DNA of 63,685 bases from an uncultured Bacilli bacterium (GTDB lineage: Bacteria; Bacillota_I; Bacilli_A; RF39; UBA660). Location of the stretch: positions 1 through 63,685 of the forward strand of contig CANQPC010000004.1 of the NCBI GenBank assembly GCA_947625625.1, read 5' to 3'. A program made the position numbers and the translations under genes. Within the stretch, counting starts at the first letter, position 1, and every line of letters begins with the position of its first letter. This document shows positions 27,128 to 36,219 of the stretch, one piece after another. The notes beneath the pieces were generated by a model. That model was given only the letters and a program-made list of their open reading frames with translations. It did no database searches and had not been told where the DNA came from.

Positions 27128-28691
27128 TAAAATGGTTGTAGGATATGACAGACTTTCAAAAGAAGACTTGGAAAAAGAAAATGATTATTCTAAAAGTATA
27201 AATAATCAGATGCTGATGATAAGAAAATTCGCTCAAAAAATTGGTCTTAAAATTGTCAAAGAATATATAGATGATGGATATTCGGGAATTAATTTTGATC
27301 GACCTAGTTTTGAGGAGTTAATTCAAGATATTATAGATGGTAAAATTTCTACTATTATAACTAAAGATATGTCGAGACTCGGTAGAGAAATGATTGAAAC
27401 AATTTACTATATAACGGAATTTTTCCCAGCTTATGATGTAAGATACATTGCTATTAATGATAGTTACGATAGTGCTGATTTAGATAGAGACCAAAAACAT
27501 TTTAATATAGTTATGCAGTCAGTCTTAAATGATAGATATGTTAAAGATGTTTCGGATAAAAGAAAAAAAACAGCACAATTAAAGACATCACAAGGTGAGT
27601 TTATAGGATGTAAAAGTCCTTATGGATATAAAATTGTAAAAAAAGATGGTAAAAGAACATTGGAAATTGATGAATATGCTGCTAATATTGTAAAGAGAAT
27701 ATTTGTTTCTATTGCAAGTGGTATGTCAAGGAAAGAAGTTGCCGAAGAATTAAATCGTGGTAAGATTGTGCCTCCAATGTTATATATGAAAATGACACCA
27801 AGTAAGAAAAAAAATTATTATAATGATTGGAGCGATTCAATAATTTATAGGATACTTAGAAATAAGACATACACGGGAAGGCTAGTGAAAAGAAAAAGTA
27901 CCAAAAATAATTATAAAGATAAGAAAAGAAATTATATTGCAATAAGAGATAGAGAAACAACTGATATTATGCATCCAATAATTATTTCTGATAAGTTATT
28001 TAATGAAGCAAATGAAAGAATTAAAACGCTAAAAAGAAAAGAAAAAAATGGCTATACTGATTCTTACAATGGAGCATTTAGTGGATTAGTAATATGTGGT
28101 GAATGTGGTAGAGTTATGACAGCTTGTAGATTTACTAAAAATGGAAAAGTTAGATATCGTTTTGAGTGTACTTCAGTTAAAAATAGAGTACATTGTCCGA
28201 ATAGATCAATATATGATACGAAGTTACAAAGTATAGTTGGTGATGCAATAAAAGATTTAATTAATAATTATGCAAATGGTGAAAAAATTGTCAATAAAGT
28301 GGCAAAAGACTGGATGCAGAAAAAAAGATTTAATACAAAAATAGCTAATTTAAAAAATAGCATCGAATTACATGATACGAATATTAGAAATTTATATATA
28401 AAAAAAACACACGAAGAAATATCATTGGAAGAATTTTTAGAGAAAAAAAAGATAGAAAGTGAAATAAGAGAGCAAGAAGAGAATGAATTAAAAAGACTAA
28501 TAACTGAAAATGATATTGAAATAGAAAAAAATGATATTCTCGATAAATATAATAAATTTATCAATAATGAAATATTATTAAAAGATTATATACGGGACTT
28601 TATCAAAGAAATTGTTATATATAAAGATAACACTATACAACTATCTTTTAAATTTGGCTTAGGTGAACCTAAAAAAATAAAGTTATATTAG
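27120..28691 (+). CDS. large serine recombinase B of the yabG-intervening element
   Basis: VVGYDRLSKEDL, TKDMSRLGRE, SPYGYK, CGECGRVMTAC...CTS...CPN zinc ribbon. Overlaps recombinase A by 8 nt; stop is 62 nt from the right core. Confidence 0.9.
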   Translation: MNSKMVVGYDRLSKEDLEKENDYSKSINNQMLMIRKFAQKIGLKIVKEYIDDGYSGINFDRPSFEELIQDIIDGKISTIITKDMSRLGREMIETIYYITEFFPAYDVRYIAINDSYDSADLDRDQKHFNIVMQSVLNDRYVKDVSDKRKKTAQLKTSQGEFIGCKSPYGYKIVKKDGKRTLEIDEYAANIVKRIFVSIASGMSRKEVAEELNRGKIVPPMLYMKMTPSKKKNYYNDWSDSIIYRILRNKTYTGRLVKRKSTKNNYKDKKRNYIAIRDRETTDIMHPIIISDKLFNEANERIKTLKRKEKNGYTDSYNGAFSGLVICGECGRVMTACRFTKNGKVRYRFECTSVKNRVHCPNRSIYDTKLQSIVGDAIKDLINNYANGEKIVNKVAKDWMQKKRFNTKIANLKNSIELHDTNIRNLYIKKTHEEISLEEFLEKKKIESEIREQEENELKRLITENDIEIEKNDILDKYNKFINNEILLKDYIRDFIKEIVIYKDNTIQLSFKFGLGEPKKIKLY

Positions 28692-28752
28692 GGTAGATTA
28701 ACAGGCTTAATCTTTATTTTATACCTTTATCTTTTATTTGCAAAAATCTGTG

Positions 28753-28760
28753 GATGGAGA
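28753..28760. repeat. 8-bp core GATGGAGA at the right junction (attR) of the yabG-intervening element
   Basis: Identical to 18032-18039 and in the same codon phase. Confidence 0.8.
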
Positions 28761-29265
28761 TAATGATTATTTAGAAAAATGTATGAAATTTTATAAAAAA
28801 AATAGGCTTAAAGCTTTTGGAGTTTTCTCTAAAGAAAGTGATTTGGTAGATAGTGTAAAAATTAATTTAGAAAAGTATAATCCAGATATTTTAGTGATAA
28901 CGGGGCATGATGCATATTATAGAAAGAAAAGAAAAGATGATAATTATAAAAATACTGGTAATTTTGTCGAAGCAGTAAAAACTGCGAGAAGGTATGAAGG
29001 TTCGCATGAAAAATTAATTATTATAGCGGGAGCTTGTCAGTCTAATTATGAAGAGTTAATTAAAGCTGGGGCTAATTTTGCTTCGAGTCCTAAGAGAATA
29101 AATATTCATGCTTTGGATCCTGCTATTGTGGCATCTTGTCTTGCTTTTTCTGATAAAAATAATAATATTGACCTTATGAAAATTTTAGATAAAACTAAAT
29201 ATGGGTCTGACGGAATAGGGGGGATTATAACTAAGGGAACTATGTATATTGGTTATCCTAGATAA
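28753..29265 (+). CDS. yabG: yabG 3' segment (C-terminal ~170 aa of sporulation protease YabG)
   Basis: DGDNDYLEKCMKFYKK...YNPDILVITGHDAYY...LIIIAGACQSNYEELIKAGANFASSPKRINIHALDP matches B. subtilis YabG ...DGDEAYLKKCLNVYKK...YRPDILVITGHDAY...FAGACQSHFESLIRAGANFASSPSRVNIHALDP. Confidence 0.88.
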   Translation, partial: DGDNDYLEKCMKFYKKNRLKAFGVFSKESDLVDSVKINLEKYNPDILVITGHDAYYRKKRKDDNYKNTGNFVEAVKTARRYEGSHEKLIIIAGACQSNYEELIKAGANFASSPKRINIHALDPAIVASCLAFSDKNNNIDLMKILDKTKYGSDGIGGIITKGTMYIGYPR

Positions 29266-29268
29266 ATT

Positions 29269-29490
29269 ATGACGATTGAAAAAATAAAAAATAATATAGA
29301 TAGTAAGCTGGGGAATAATGTTAAAATTGTTTACAATGGAAGTAGGAATAAGAGGGAGGAATATTCTGGTGTAATTTCGGAAACTTATAATTATATATTT
29401 ATTGTTAAAGTTGGTAGTGATGAAAAGAAAAGTTTTAGTTATAGAGATGTACTTACGAATACTGTAGAGATTTTCTTTGATAAAGTGTAA
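29269..29490 (+). CDS. veg: Veg protein (biofilm/sporulation-associated small protein)
   Basis: IEKIKNNIDSKLGNNVKI...RNKREEYSGVISETYNYIFIV pattern; position after yabG as in B. subtilis. Confidence 0.85.
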   Translation: MTIEKIKNNIDSKLGNNVKIVYNGSRNKREEYSGVISETYNYIFIVKVGSDEKKSFSYRDVLTNTVEIFFDKV

Positions 29491-29507
29491 AATTTTATTA
29501 AAAATAC

Positions 29508-29536
29508 TTGCATTTGTCTGGTAAATAATATACAAT
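29508..29536 (+). promoter_or_regulatory. candidate promoter of spoVG
   Basis: TTGCAT (29508-29513), 17 nt spacer, TACAAT (29531-29536). Confidence 0.5.
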
Positions 29537-29573
29537 GTAATTGGAAAGTATTTTCTAGAAGGAGTTGATAGAC

Positions 29574-29831
29574 ATGAAGATTACTTCAGTAACTGTTCGT
29601 AAAGTTGAAAAAGAAGGTTCAAGAATGAAAGGAATTGCATCAGTACTTCTCGATGATTGCTTTGCAGTGCATGATATCAGAATAATTGATGGAGATAATG
29701 GTTTATTTATAGCTATGCCTAGTAAGCCTACCGCTACTGGTGGACATAGAGATACTGCCCATCCCATTGATAAAGAAACAAGAAAAATGTTTGAGGATGC
29801 TATCTTTGAAGAATATAATAAAGCTGAATAA
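29574..29831 (+). CDS. spoVG: septation/sporulation regulator SpoVG
   Basis: MKITSVTVRKVEKEGSRMKGIASVLLDDCFAVHDIRIIDGDNGLFIAMPS is a canonical SpoVG sequence. ATG lies 9 nt after GAAGGAG. Confidence 0.95.
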   Translation: MKITSVTVRKVEKEGSRMKGIASVLLDDCFAVHDIRIIDGDNGLFIAMPSKPTATGGHRDTAHPIDKETRKMFEDAIFEEYNKAE

Positions 29832-29891
29832 AAATTGTTAATAATTGATGTTATTCCTAGTTTGGAATCATTGAATAAAAAAATAAGTAAA

Positions 29892-29931
29892 AATCAAGGA
29901 AAAAGTAATTAGCTTTGCTCCTTGATTTTTT
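29892..29931 (+). terminator. terminator after spoVG
   Basis: aatcaagga-(18 nt)-tccttgatt followed by TTTTT. Confidence 0.55.
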
Positions 29932-30001
29932 ATTTTGTATAATTGTTAATTTTTTTCATATTATTTAGTTTTATGCATAATATTTGCTAGGAGGAATATT
30001 A

Positions 30002-30295
30002 ATGGACAAGGTTAAAGAGTTAGATAGTGGTTTTAGTCATGGACTTACAATAGCGGAAAGAAAGAATATCGTTATAAATGGGGTTAAAAAAATTGAAAGT
30101 TTTGATAATGAGGAATTTCTTATGGAAACTACTTTAGGTTATTTGGCTATCAAAGGAGCAGAACTTGAAATTATTAAGCTAGATACTTATCAGGGAAATG
30201 TTTCAATAAAAGGGAGAATTGATAGTTTAATGTATTTAGATAATAATGGTAAAAAAGAAAAAGAAAGTTCATTAATTAATAAGCTATTTAAATGA
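30002..30295 (+). CDS. yabP: sporulation protein YabP
   Basis: GVKKIESFDNEEFLMETTLGYLAIKGAELEIIKLD...VSIKGRI pattern; ATG after AGGAGG. Confidence 0.85.
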   Translation: MDKVKELDSGFSHGLTIAERKNIVINGVKKIESFDNEEFLMETTLGYLAIKGAELEIIKLDTYQGNVSIKGRIDSLMYLDNNGKKEKESSLINKLFK

Positions 30296-30573
30296 TATTG
30301 AAAGTACAGATATTTTCGCTTTTATACTCCTTTATATTTGGAATGGTTTTTTTTGTCCTTCTCGAAATTAATTATAAATTATTGTATAGTGGGAAATTAG
30401 TTTATCGAATTACAATTTCTTTTCTATTTGTTATATTTAATTCACTTTTATATTTCGTAGGACTTATTAAAGTTAATAATGGTATCATTCACTTATATTT
30501 TTTTCTTTCTTGGTTGACAGGTTATTTGTTATCTTTTGTCATTTATCGTAAAATTAATTGTAAAAAGAAATGA
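30292..30573 (+). CDS. yabQ: spore cortex biosynthesis membrane protein YabQ
   Basis: 93-aa 3-TM protein translationally coupled to yabP (ATGA overlap), in the conserved yabP-yabQ-divIC order. Confidence 0.65.
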   Translation: MILKVQIFSLLYSFIFGMVFFVLLEINYKLLYSGKLVYRITISFLFVIFNSLLYFVGLIKVNNGIIHLYFFLSWLTGYLLSFVIYRKINCKKK

Positions 30574-30609
30574 GCTATGATATAATGGCATTATAAGAGG
30601 TGATAGACT

Positions 30610-30912
30610 TTGACTAAGAAAAAGACAAATAAAAGAGCTAAAAAAAGAATTTTTCTTTTCTTTATTGTATTTGGTACTATTATAGGTTCACTTAGTTATA
30701 GTTTATTTTCTAATATTAATAAAATAATGCAAATAAGGAAAGAAAAAAAGGAGCTAGAAAGTGAGCTTTCTGAATTAAAAGATGAAGAAGATGTTTTAAA
30801 TTTAGATATAAAAAGATTAGAAGATCCAGAATATGTAGCAAGATATGCTAGAGAGAAATATCTATATTCAAAAGATGGTGAACTTATTATAAGAATACCT
30901 GATGATGATTAA
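30610..30912 (+). CDS. divIC: septum formation initiator (DivIC/FtsB family)
   Basis: N-terminal TM, coiled coil, and C-terminal DPEYVARYAREKYLYSKDGELI motif. Confidence 0.75.
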   Translation: MTKKKTNKRAKKRIFLFFIVFGTIIGSLSYSLFSNINKIMQIRKEKKELESELSELKDEEDVLNLDIKRLEDPEYVARYAREKYLYSKDGELIIRIPDDD

Positions 30913-30922
30913 AAAGAAGATA

Positions 30923-32878
30923 CTATTTGTCAGTATCTTCTTTTTTAGATGTCTTTTTCTTGTCTTTTGTTTTTTCTTTATCTTCAATTTGATTATCGGC
31001 ACTGTCATCTTCTTTTACTTCATCTTTAGGAAGATGTTTGTGTTCTACTAGATAATCGATTTCTTCTTTTGTTATTGTTTCTTCTTCTAAAAGAGTGTTG
31101 GCAATTAGTGCTAATAAACTCTTATTTTCTGTAATAATCTTTTTGGTCTTCTCATAGCAGCTATTGATAATAGAACGCATTTCTTCATCTATTTCGTGAG
31201 CGACAGTATCAGAAATATTTCTATTTTTAGTGTAGTCTCTTCCTAAGAAAGTATTTCCATCTGGTTCTTCAAGCATCATTGGACCTAAATTACTCATACC
31301 GTATTCGGTTACCATGCTTCTGGCAATTTTAGTTGCTTTTTTGAAGTCATCATGAGCTCCAGTTGTTATTTCATTAAAGGTTATTTCTTCCGCTACACGG
31401 CCTCCTAGTAATCCACAAATTGATTCTAGTAATTCTTTTTTGGTATAATTGAAAGCTTCTTCTTTTGGTGTCATCATTGTATAACCACCAGCATGTCCTC
31501 TTGGAATAATAGTTATTTTTTGAACTTCATTAGCTCCATCTAATTTTAATCCCATAACGGCATGTCCTGCTTCATGATATGCTACTAGTTTCTTTTCTTT
31601 ATCTGTATATTTCTTTGTTATTTTGGCAGGTCCCATCAATACTCTATCAGTTGCTTCGTCAATTTCTGACATTGTAATAGCTTTTTTATTTCTTCTAACT
31701 GCTAATAGGGCAGCCTCATTAAGCAAGTTTTCTAGATCAGCACCGGAAAATCCAGGTGTCCTCTTGGCTAGATATTCTAAGGTGATTCCTTTATCTAGTA
31801 CTTTGTTTTTAGCATGTACTTTTAATATTTCAATTCGAGAATTTTTATCTGGCAAGCTAACTGTTATTTGTCTATCAAATCTTCCAGGTCTTAATAATGC
31901 TGGATCAAGGACGTCCGGTCTGTTAGTAGCGGCGATAATGATAATTCCTTCATTAGCTCCGAAACCATCCATTTCAGTTAATAATTGGTTAAGTGTCTGT
32001 TCTCTTTCATCATGTCCTCCACCTAGTCCTGTTCCTCTTTGACGGCCAACGGCATCAATTTCATCGATAAAGATAAGACAAGGAGCATTCATTTTGGCTT
32101 GCTTAAACATATCTCTTACTCTCGATGCACCAATACCGACGAATAATTCGACAAAGTCAGAACCACTTATATAATAGAATGGTACTTTGGCTTCTCCGGC
32201 TACAGCTCTTGCTAATAATGTTTTACCAGTTCCCGGAGGACCTACAAGGAGTACTCCTTTAGGAATTCTAGCACCCATGGAAGTAAACTTTTTAGGATTT
32301 TTTAAGAAATCTATCAATTCTTGAACTTCTTCTTTTTCTTCAGTTAAACCAGCGACGTCTTTGAATGTAGCACGGCTTTCTTCGACTAATTTGGCTCTAC
32401 TTTTACCAAAATCCATCGACTTATTGCCACTACCTAATTGTCTTGTAAAAATCCAAATTGTTACGCCTGCTAGAATGACAATAGGGACAACGTCAACTAA
32501 AATTTCGAGCCATGATGAGGCTTCAGGATCTGTCTTGACAGTTAAGTCAAAAGTTGTCTCATTATCTTTCGATTCAATTATTTTTGATACAAATTCATCA
32601 GAATATGGTAAATATAAGATAAAACTTTCATTTTCTTTATATTCGTCTAATTTTCCAACTAATTCATATGTTTTAGTTCTTACTTTTGGAGTAATAGTAA
32701 GTTCTGTGATTTTTCCACCATTTAGATTTTTCATAAATTCATCATAAGATAGTTCGTTAACTTTACTATTAAATGTTTTGAATAATACTAAACATGCTAA
32801 TATAAATATTAATAAAAATATGTAAGGAAACAAACTTCTTTTAAAATCTTTTTTATTCATATTTTTCCTCTCTTTCAT
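30923..32878 (-). CDS. ftsH: ATP-dependent zinc metalloprotease FtsH
   Basis: Walker [48 protein letters not shown] zinc site. The start may be Met7 (32860). Confidence 0.96.
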   Translation of the reverse strand: MKERKNMNKKDFKRSLFPYIFLLIFILACLVLFKTFNSKVNELSYDEFMKNLNGGKITELTITPKVRTKTYELVGKLDEYKENESFILYLPYSDEFVSKIIESKDNETTFDLTVKTDPEASSWLEILVDVVPIVILAGVTIWIFTRQLGSGNKSMDFGKSRAKLVEESRATFKDVAGLTEEKEEVQELIDFLKNPKKFTSMGARIPKGVLLVGPPGTGKTLLARAVAGEAKVPFYYISGSDFVELFVGIGASRVRDMFKQAKMNAPCLIFIDEIDAVGRQRGTGLGGGHDEREQTLNQLLTEMDGFGANEGIIIIAATNRPDVLDPALLRPGRFDRQITVSLPDKNSRIEILKVHAKNKVLDKGITLEYLAKRTPGFSGADLENLLNEAALLAVRRNKKAITMSEIDEATDRVLMGPAKITKKYTDKEKKLVAYHEAGHAVMGLKLDGANEVQKITIIPRGHAGGYTMMTPKEEAFNYTKKELLESICGLLGGRVAEEITFNEITTGAHDDFKKATKIARSMVTEYGMSNLGPMMLEEPDGNTFLGRDYTKNRNISDTVAHEIDEEMRSIINSCYEKTKKIITENKSLLALIANTLLEEETITKEEIDYLVEHKHLPKDEVKEDDSADNQIEDKEKTKDKKKTSKKEDTDK

Positions 32879-34187
32879 TGCACTTTATTATTATATCATA
32901 GTTTTCATCTTTTTTTAAGCAAAATTTACTTTTTTTCATATTTGGAATCCAGATTATGTTATCGTTACTATCTACTAGTAATGGATAACTAGTTCTTTTA
33001 TTTTTAGGTAATTTTTTTTCGATAAATATTTCTTTGATTTTTTTATGAAAATTACTTGTCTTTAAGATAATATAGTCTCCGTCTTTACGTGATCTAAAAT
33101 ATAATGGAAATTTTACTTTGCTACTGTCTAGTCGGCAGACACTATTGGAATCGCTATCTTCTTCTTCAACTTTTTCAAAAAATAATCCATTTATTTTTAA
33201 TTTATTATTGAACTCTATTTTATAGCTATCATTTTTATCATTATTAGTACTGATATATAGCTTATTATATTCTTTGACAATCCTTTTACCTTTGGGTATA
33301 TTTAGACTTAAATTGGGTTTGGGATTATCTATTAATTTTAATATACTAGTTATATGTTTCTCTTTGACAATATCACTTTTATTGTCATAAATGTTCGCTA
33401 GAATATAGTATAATATGTTTTTTTGAATAAATTTGTCAATTTTTATGAATTCTTTTAAATCTAATATATTATCTTTATATATGCGAAATGTTTCTTTTTT
33501 GGCAACTGATTGAATATATTCATTGTATTCAAGAAGAGTCTTAGAGTACTTTAAAAATTTTTGATTGACTAATTTATCTTCTTCTTTTAGTAAAGGAAGT
33601 ATTTTTTCGCGAATTCTATTTCTAGTATAAGATAAATCCTTGTTTGAACTATCAATAAAATATGTGATATTATGGGAATCGTCGTATTTGATAATTTCTT
33701 CTTTGGTATAATTTAATAATGGTCTTACTATTTGATAATTTTTTACGTTAGATATTTTTTTGATGCCTGCATATCCTTCGATATTGGAACCACGTATTAT
33801 TTTCATTAAAACTGTTTCGATTAAATCATCACCATGATGAGCTAAAAAAAGATAATGTGAATGATATTTATTTAAACATTCTTCGTAAAATTTATATCTT
33901 TTTTTTCGAGCTTCGTTTTCAAAGTTGTTTTCTTGATAATTTTTAATAGTCATCGATTCAAAGATTAGATTATATTTTTGGCAGTATTCTTGCAAGAATT
34001 TTTCTTCAGTGGTACTTTCTTTGCGGACATTGTGATTAATATGACAAACTACTATTTTATCAGTTTTTTTCTGTAACAAATGTAGAAGGCACATGGAATC
34101 TGGGCCCGAAGATACTCCGACGACGATATATTCTTTAAAAATAAAGTTATCTAAGATATTATCCATAATAGACTTTTCCTTTCGCAT
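32853..34187 (-). CDS. tilS: tRNA(Ile)-lysidine synthase
   Basis: PP-loop VGVSSGPDSMCLLH, HINHNVR, and the TilS C-terminal domain (GDYIILK...KIKEIFIEKKLP). Confidence 0.9.
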   Translation of the reverse strand: MRKEKSIMDNILDNFIFKEYIVVGVSSGPDSMCLLHLLQKKTDKIVVCHINHNVRKESTTEEKFLQEYCQKYNLIFESMTIKNYQENNFENEARKKRYKFYEECLNKYHSHYLFLAHHGDDLIETVLMKIIRGSNIEGYAGIKKISNVKNYQIVRPLLNYTKEEIIKYDDSHNITYFIDSSNKDLSYTRNRIREKILPLLKEEDKLVNQKFLKYSKTLLEYNEYIQSVAKKETFRIYKDNILDLKEFIKIDKFIQKNILYYILANIYDNKSDIVKEKHITSILKLIDNPKPNLSLNIPKGKRIVKEYNKLYISTNNDKNDSYKIEFNNKLKINGLFFEKVEEEDSDSNSVCRLDSSKVKFPLYFRSRKDGDYIILKTSNFHKKIKEIFIEKKLPKNKRTSYPLLVDSNDNIIWIPNMKKSKFCLKKDENYDIIIKCNEREEKYE

Positions 34188-34289
34188 ATATTATAGCAGA
34201 TAATTAAATTATTTTGAATATTTATTTTGACATTTTTAGTTTTTGATATATAATATTTTTAGGTTGATTATGAAAGGCTGGTTATAGTG

Positions 34290-34715
34290 ATGTTTAAAAC
34301 AACTGATTTAAATAAAAAAACAACTGATTTTGAAACATATGATTTTTCGTCGGTGTTAGCGGCGTTGTTTTTAATTCATAAAGATGAAAATATGGCTCCG
34401 ACAATTTCTTATGATAGTATTGCATATTTAGATAGTATGTATCAAAATAGTTTTCTAAAAGAATCTTCGAGTGATGATAAAAATATGGATTTTCTCGATA
34501 ATTTAATAGTGGTTGATGACTCAGAAAAAGTTATTAAACTTATTTGTAGATATGATGATTATTTGCCTTCTGTTCACAAAAGTGTTTCTAAATATTTGAG
34601 TTCAATAACTGATGAAGAGATGATTTCTTTTTTTAAGAAACATTATTTTAAAGATCCTTCTAGTAATAATATGGTAGTAGTTTCATCTAGTATTACTAAA
34701 CATCATACACTTTAA
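34290..34715 (+). CDS. hypothetical protein
   Basis: 141-aa ORF; no motif recognised. Confidence 0.45.
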   Translation: MFKTTDLNKKTTDFETYDFSSVLAALFLIHKDENMAPTISYDSIAYLDSMYQNSFLKESSSDDKNMDFLDNLIVVDDSEKVIKLICRYDDYLPSVHKSVSKYLSSITDEEMISFFKKHYFKDPSSNNMVVVSSSITKHHTL

Positions 34716-34731
34716 AAACATATAATTTAAA

Positions 34732-34757
34732 AGACCTCATTTGTGAGATCTTTTTTT
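34732..34757 (+). terminator. terminator between convergent genes (34290-34715 and tyrS)
   Basis: agacctca-tttg-tgagatct (one mismatch) followed by TTTTTTT. Confidence 0.5.
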
Positions 34758-34762
34758 GATAT

Positions 34763-35980
34763 TTATTTCATTTTAATTAAATAATATTTTTTCTTTCCTC
34801 TTCTAATAATGTGTGTTTTTCTTTTATTATTGACAATGAAATTTTCATCATTTATAATTTCACCATCTAAAGAAATTGCATTATTGTTTATAAATTCTCT
34901 TGCTTCTCTTTTGGAAACGGCTATTTTGCTATTTACTAAAATATTTAAAATAGTGTCTTCTTCTGAGTATGATGTTTCAATTCCTTTAAAGGCAATTTTT
35001 ATTTCTTCTTCTGTTAAAGCTTTGATGTTACCACTAAAAAAGGTTTCAGATATTTTTTTGGCAGTTTCAGCATCTTCTTTCGAGTGAATATCTTTGACAA
35101 CTTCATATGCAAGTGTTTTTTGTGCCAATCTTTTTTCGGGATTTTTTTGGTGATTATCGATAATATTTTCAATTTCTTCTTTACTTAAAAAGGTAAATAC
35201 TTTAAGGTATTCTAATATTTTTGAATCGCTAGTATTTATTAAATACTGATAAATGTCATAGGGAGATGTTTTTGACTTGTCTAACCAAAGGGCATTTCCT
35301 TCTGACTTTCCAAATTTATTTCCGTTTTCATCGAGAATAAGTGGCATAGTGAAAGCATATGCCTCTTTACCGAGTTTTTTCTTTATTAATTCAATTCCAG
35401 TAGTTATATTTCCCCATTGGTCGGATCCTTCAACTTGCATGATACAATTTTTCTCTTGATATAGATGAAGAAAATCATAACCTTGAAGGAGCATGTATGA
35501 AAACTCGGCATATGTTATACCAGTTTCTAATCTTCGTGAAATGATGTCCTTATTTATCATATAATTGACGTTTATGTACTTTCCAATGTCTCTTAGGAAT
35601 TCTAGTAAATCATATCCTTTCGTCCATTCATAATTATCGACAATTTCTGCTTTTCCATCAAATAATCTATCAATTTGGGCTCTAATTCCAGTGATGTTTT
35701 TTTCGATTACTTCATTAGGGAGAATTTCTCTTTCTGCTGTCGGTCTTGGATCACCAATACGTCCTGTTGCTCCACCACATAAAAGAATAGGATGATGTCC
35801 GTACTTTGCTAATCTCTTAGCGGTAACAAGAGAAGAGTAGTGACCGATATGTAAACTGTCAGCGGTAGGGTCTGTTCCCCAATAAAAAGTAATTGGCTTT
35901 CCATTTAGTAATTCCTTTAAATTTTCTCCGGCGACATCTTTGATTAGTCCGCGCCATACTAAATCTTCATATAAGTTCAT
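34763..35980 (-). CDS. tyrS: tyrosyl-tRNA synthetase
   Basis: HIGH = SLHIGHYSS, KFGKS (KMSKS), C-terminal S4 domain. Confidence 0.95.
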   Translation of the reverse strand: MNLYEDLVWRGLIKDVAGENLKELLNGKPITFYWGTDPTADSLHIGHYSSLVTAKRLAKYGHHPILLCGGATGRIGDPRPTAEREILPNEVIEKNITGIRAQIDRLFDGKAEIVDNYEWTKGYDLLEFLRDIGKYINVNYMINKDIISRRLETGITYAEFSYMLLQGYDFLHLYQEKNCIMQVEGSDQWGNITTGIELIKKKLGKEAYAFTMPLILDENGNKFGKSEGNALWLDKSKTSPYDIYQYLINTSDSKILEYLKVFTFLSKEEIENIIDNHQKNPEKRLAQKTLAYEVVKDIHSKEDAETAKKISETFFSGNIKALTEEEIKIAFKGIETSYSEEDTILNILVNSKIAVSKREAREFINNNAISLDGEIINDENFIVNNKRKTHIIRRGKKKYYLIKMK

Positions 35981-36001
35981 TATTTATTCCTCCTTTTATA
36001 T

Positions 36002-36212
36002 AAAAAAAGGGCTACCAAAAGGACGAAATAGTCGTGGTACCACCTTTATTTACAATTTTACATTGTCTCATATTTATAACGGTATTAACCGATTAGACTC
36101 GTAATATGTAATTCGTTATTTTACCTTCTATTAGTTTACACCCGCCACTAATTCTCTTTGAAGAAGTAATTGTAAAATACTTACTTGGTATTAGTTGTCA
36201 TCTAATAAATTT
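36002..36212 (-). promoter_or_regulatory. T-box riboswitch leader of tyrS (Tyr specifier)
   Basis: Minus strand has the AGAGA box (~36163-36167), UAC triplets at 36101-36110, the conserved T-box AAAGGTGGTACCACG (36047-36033), and a terminator stem followed by TTTTTTT (36008-36002). Confidence 0.8.
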
Positions 36213-36219
36213 CATTTTG

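Larger units (their letters stand above)
18032..28760. mobile_element. 10.7-kb yabG-intervening element (skin-like) with two large serine recombinases and a four-gene cargo operon
   Basis: Separates the two halves of yabG; 8-bp in-phase direct core at both ends; recombinase genes abut the right end; ksgA-yabG-veg-spoVG synteny is otherwise preserved. Confidence 0.85.

Noticed and set aside
26032-28564. Minus-strand ORFs 26032-26304, 26632-27054 and 28268-28564 inside the recombinase genes
   Set aside because: They are antisense, low-complexity (F/S/I/L) and lack RBSs, while the plus-strand recombinase frames have clear catalytic motifs.
29185-29767. Minus-strand ORFs 29185-29535 and 29555-29767
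   Set aside because: They are antisense to veg and to spoVG, both of which are unmistakable on the plus strand.
31623-32747. ORFs 31623-32042 and 32361-32747 (+) inside ftsH
   Set aside because: They are antisense shadow ORFs of a highly conserved gene, with no independent support.
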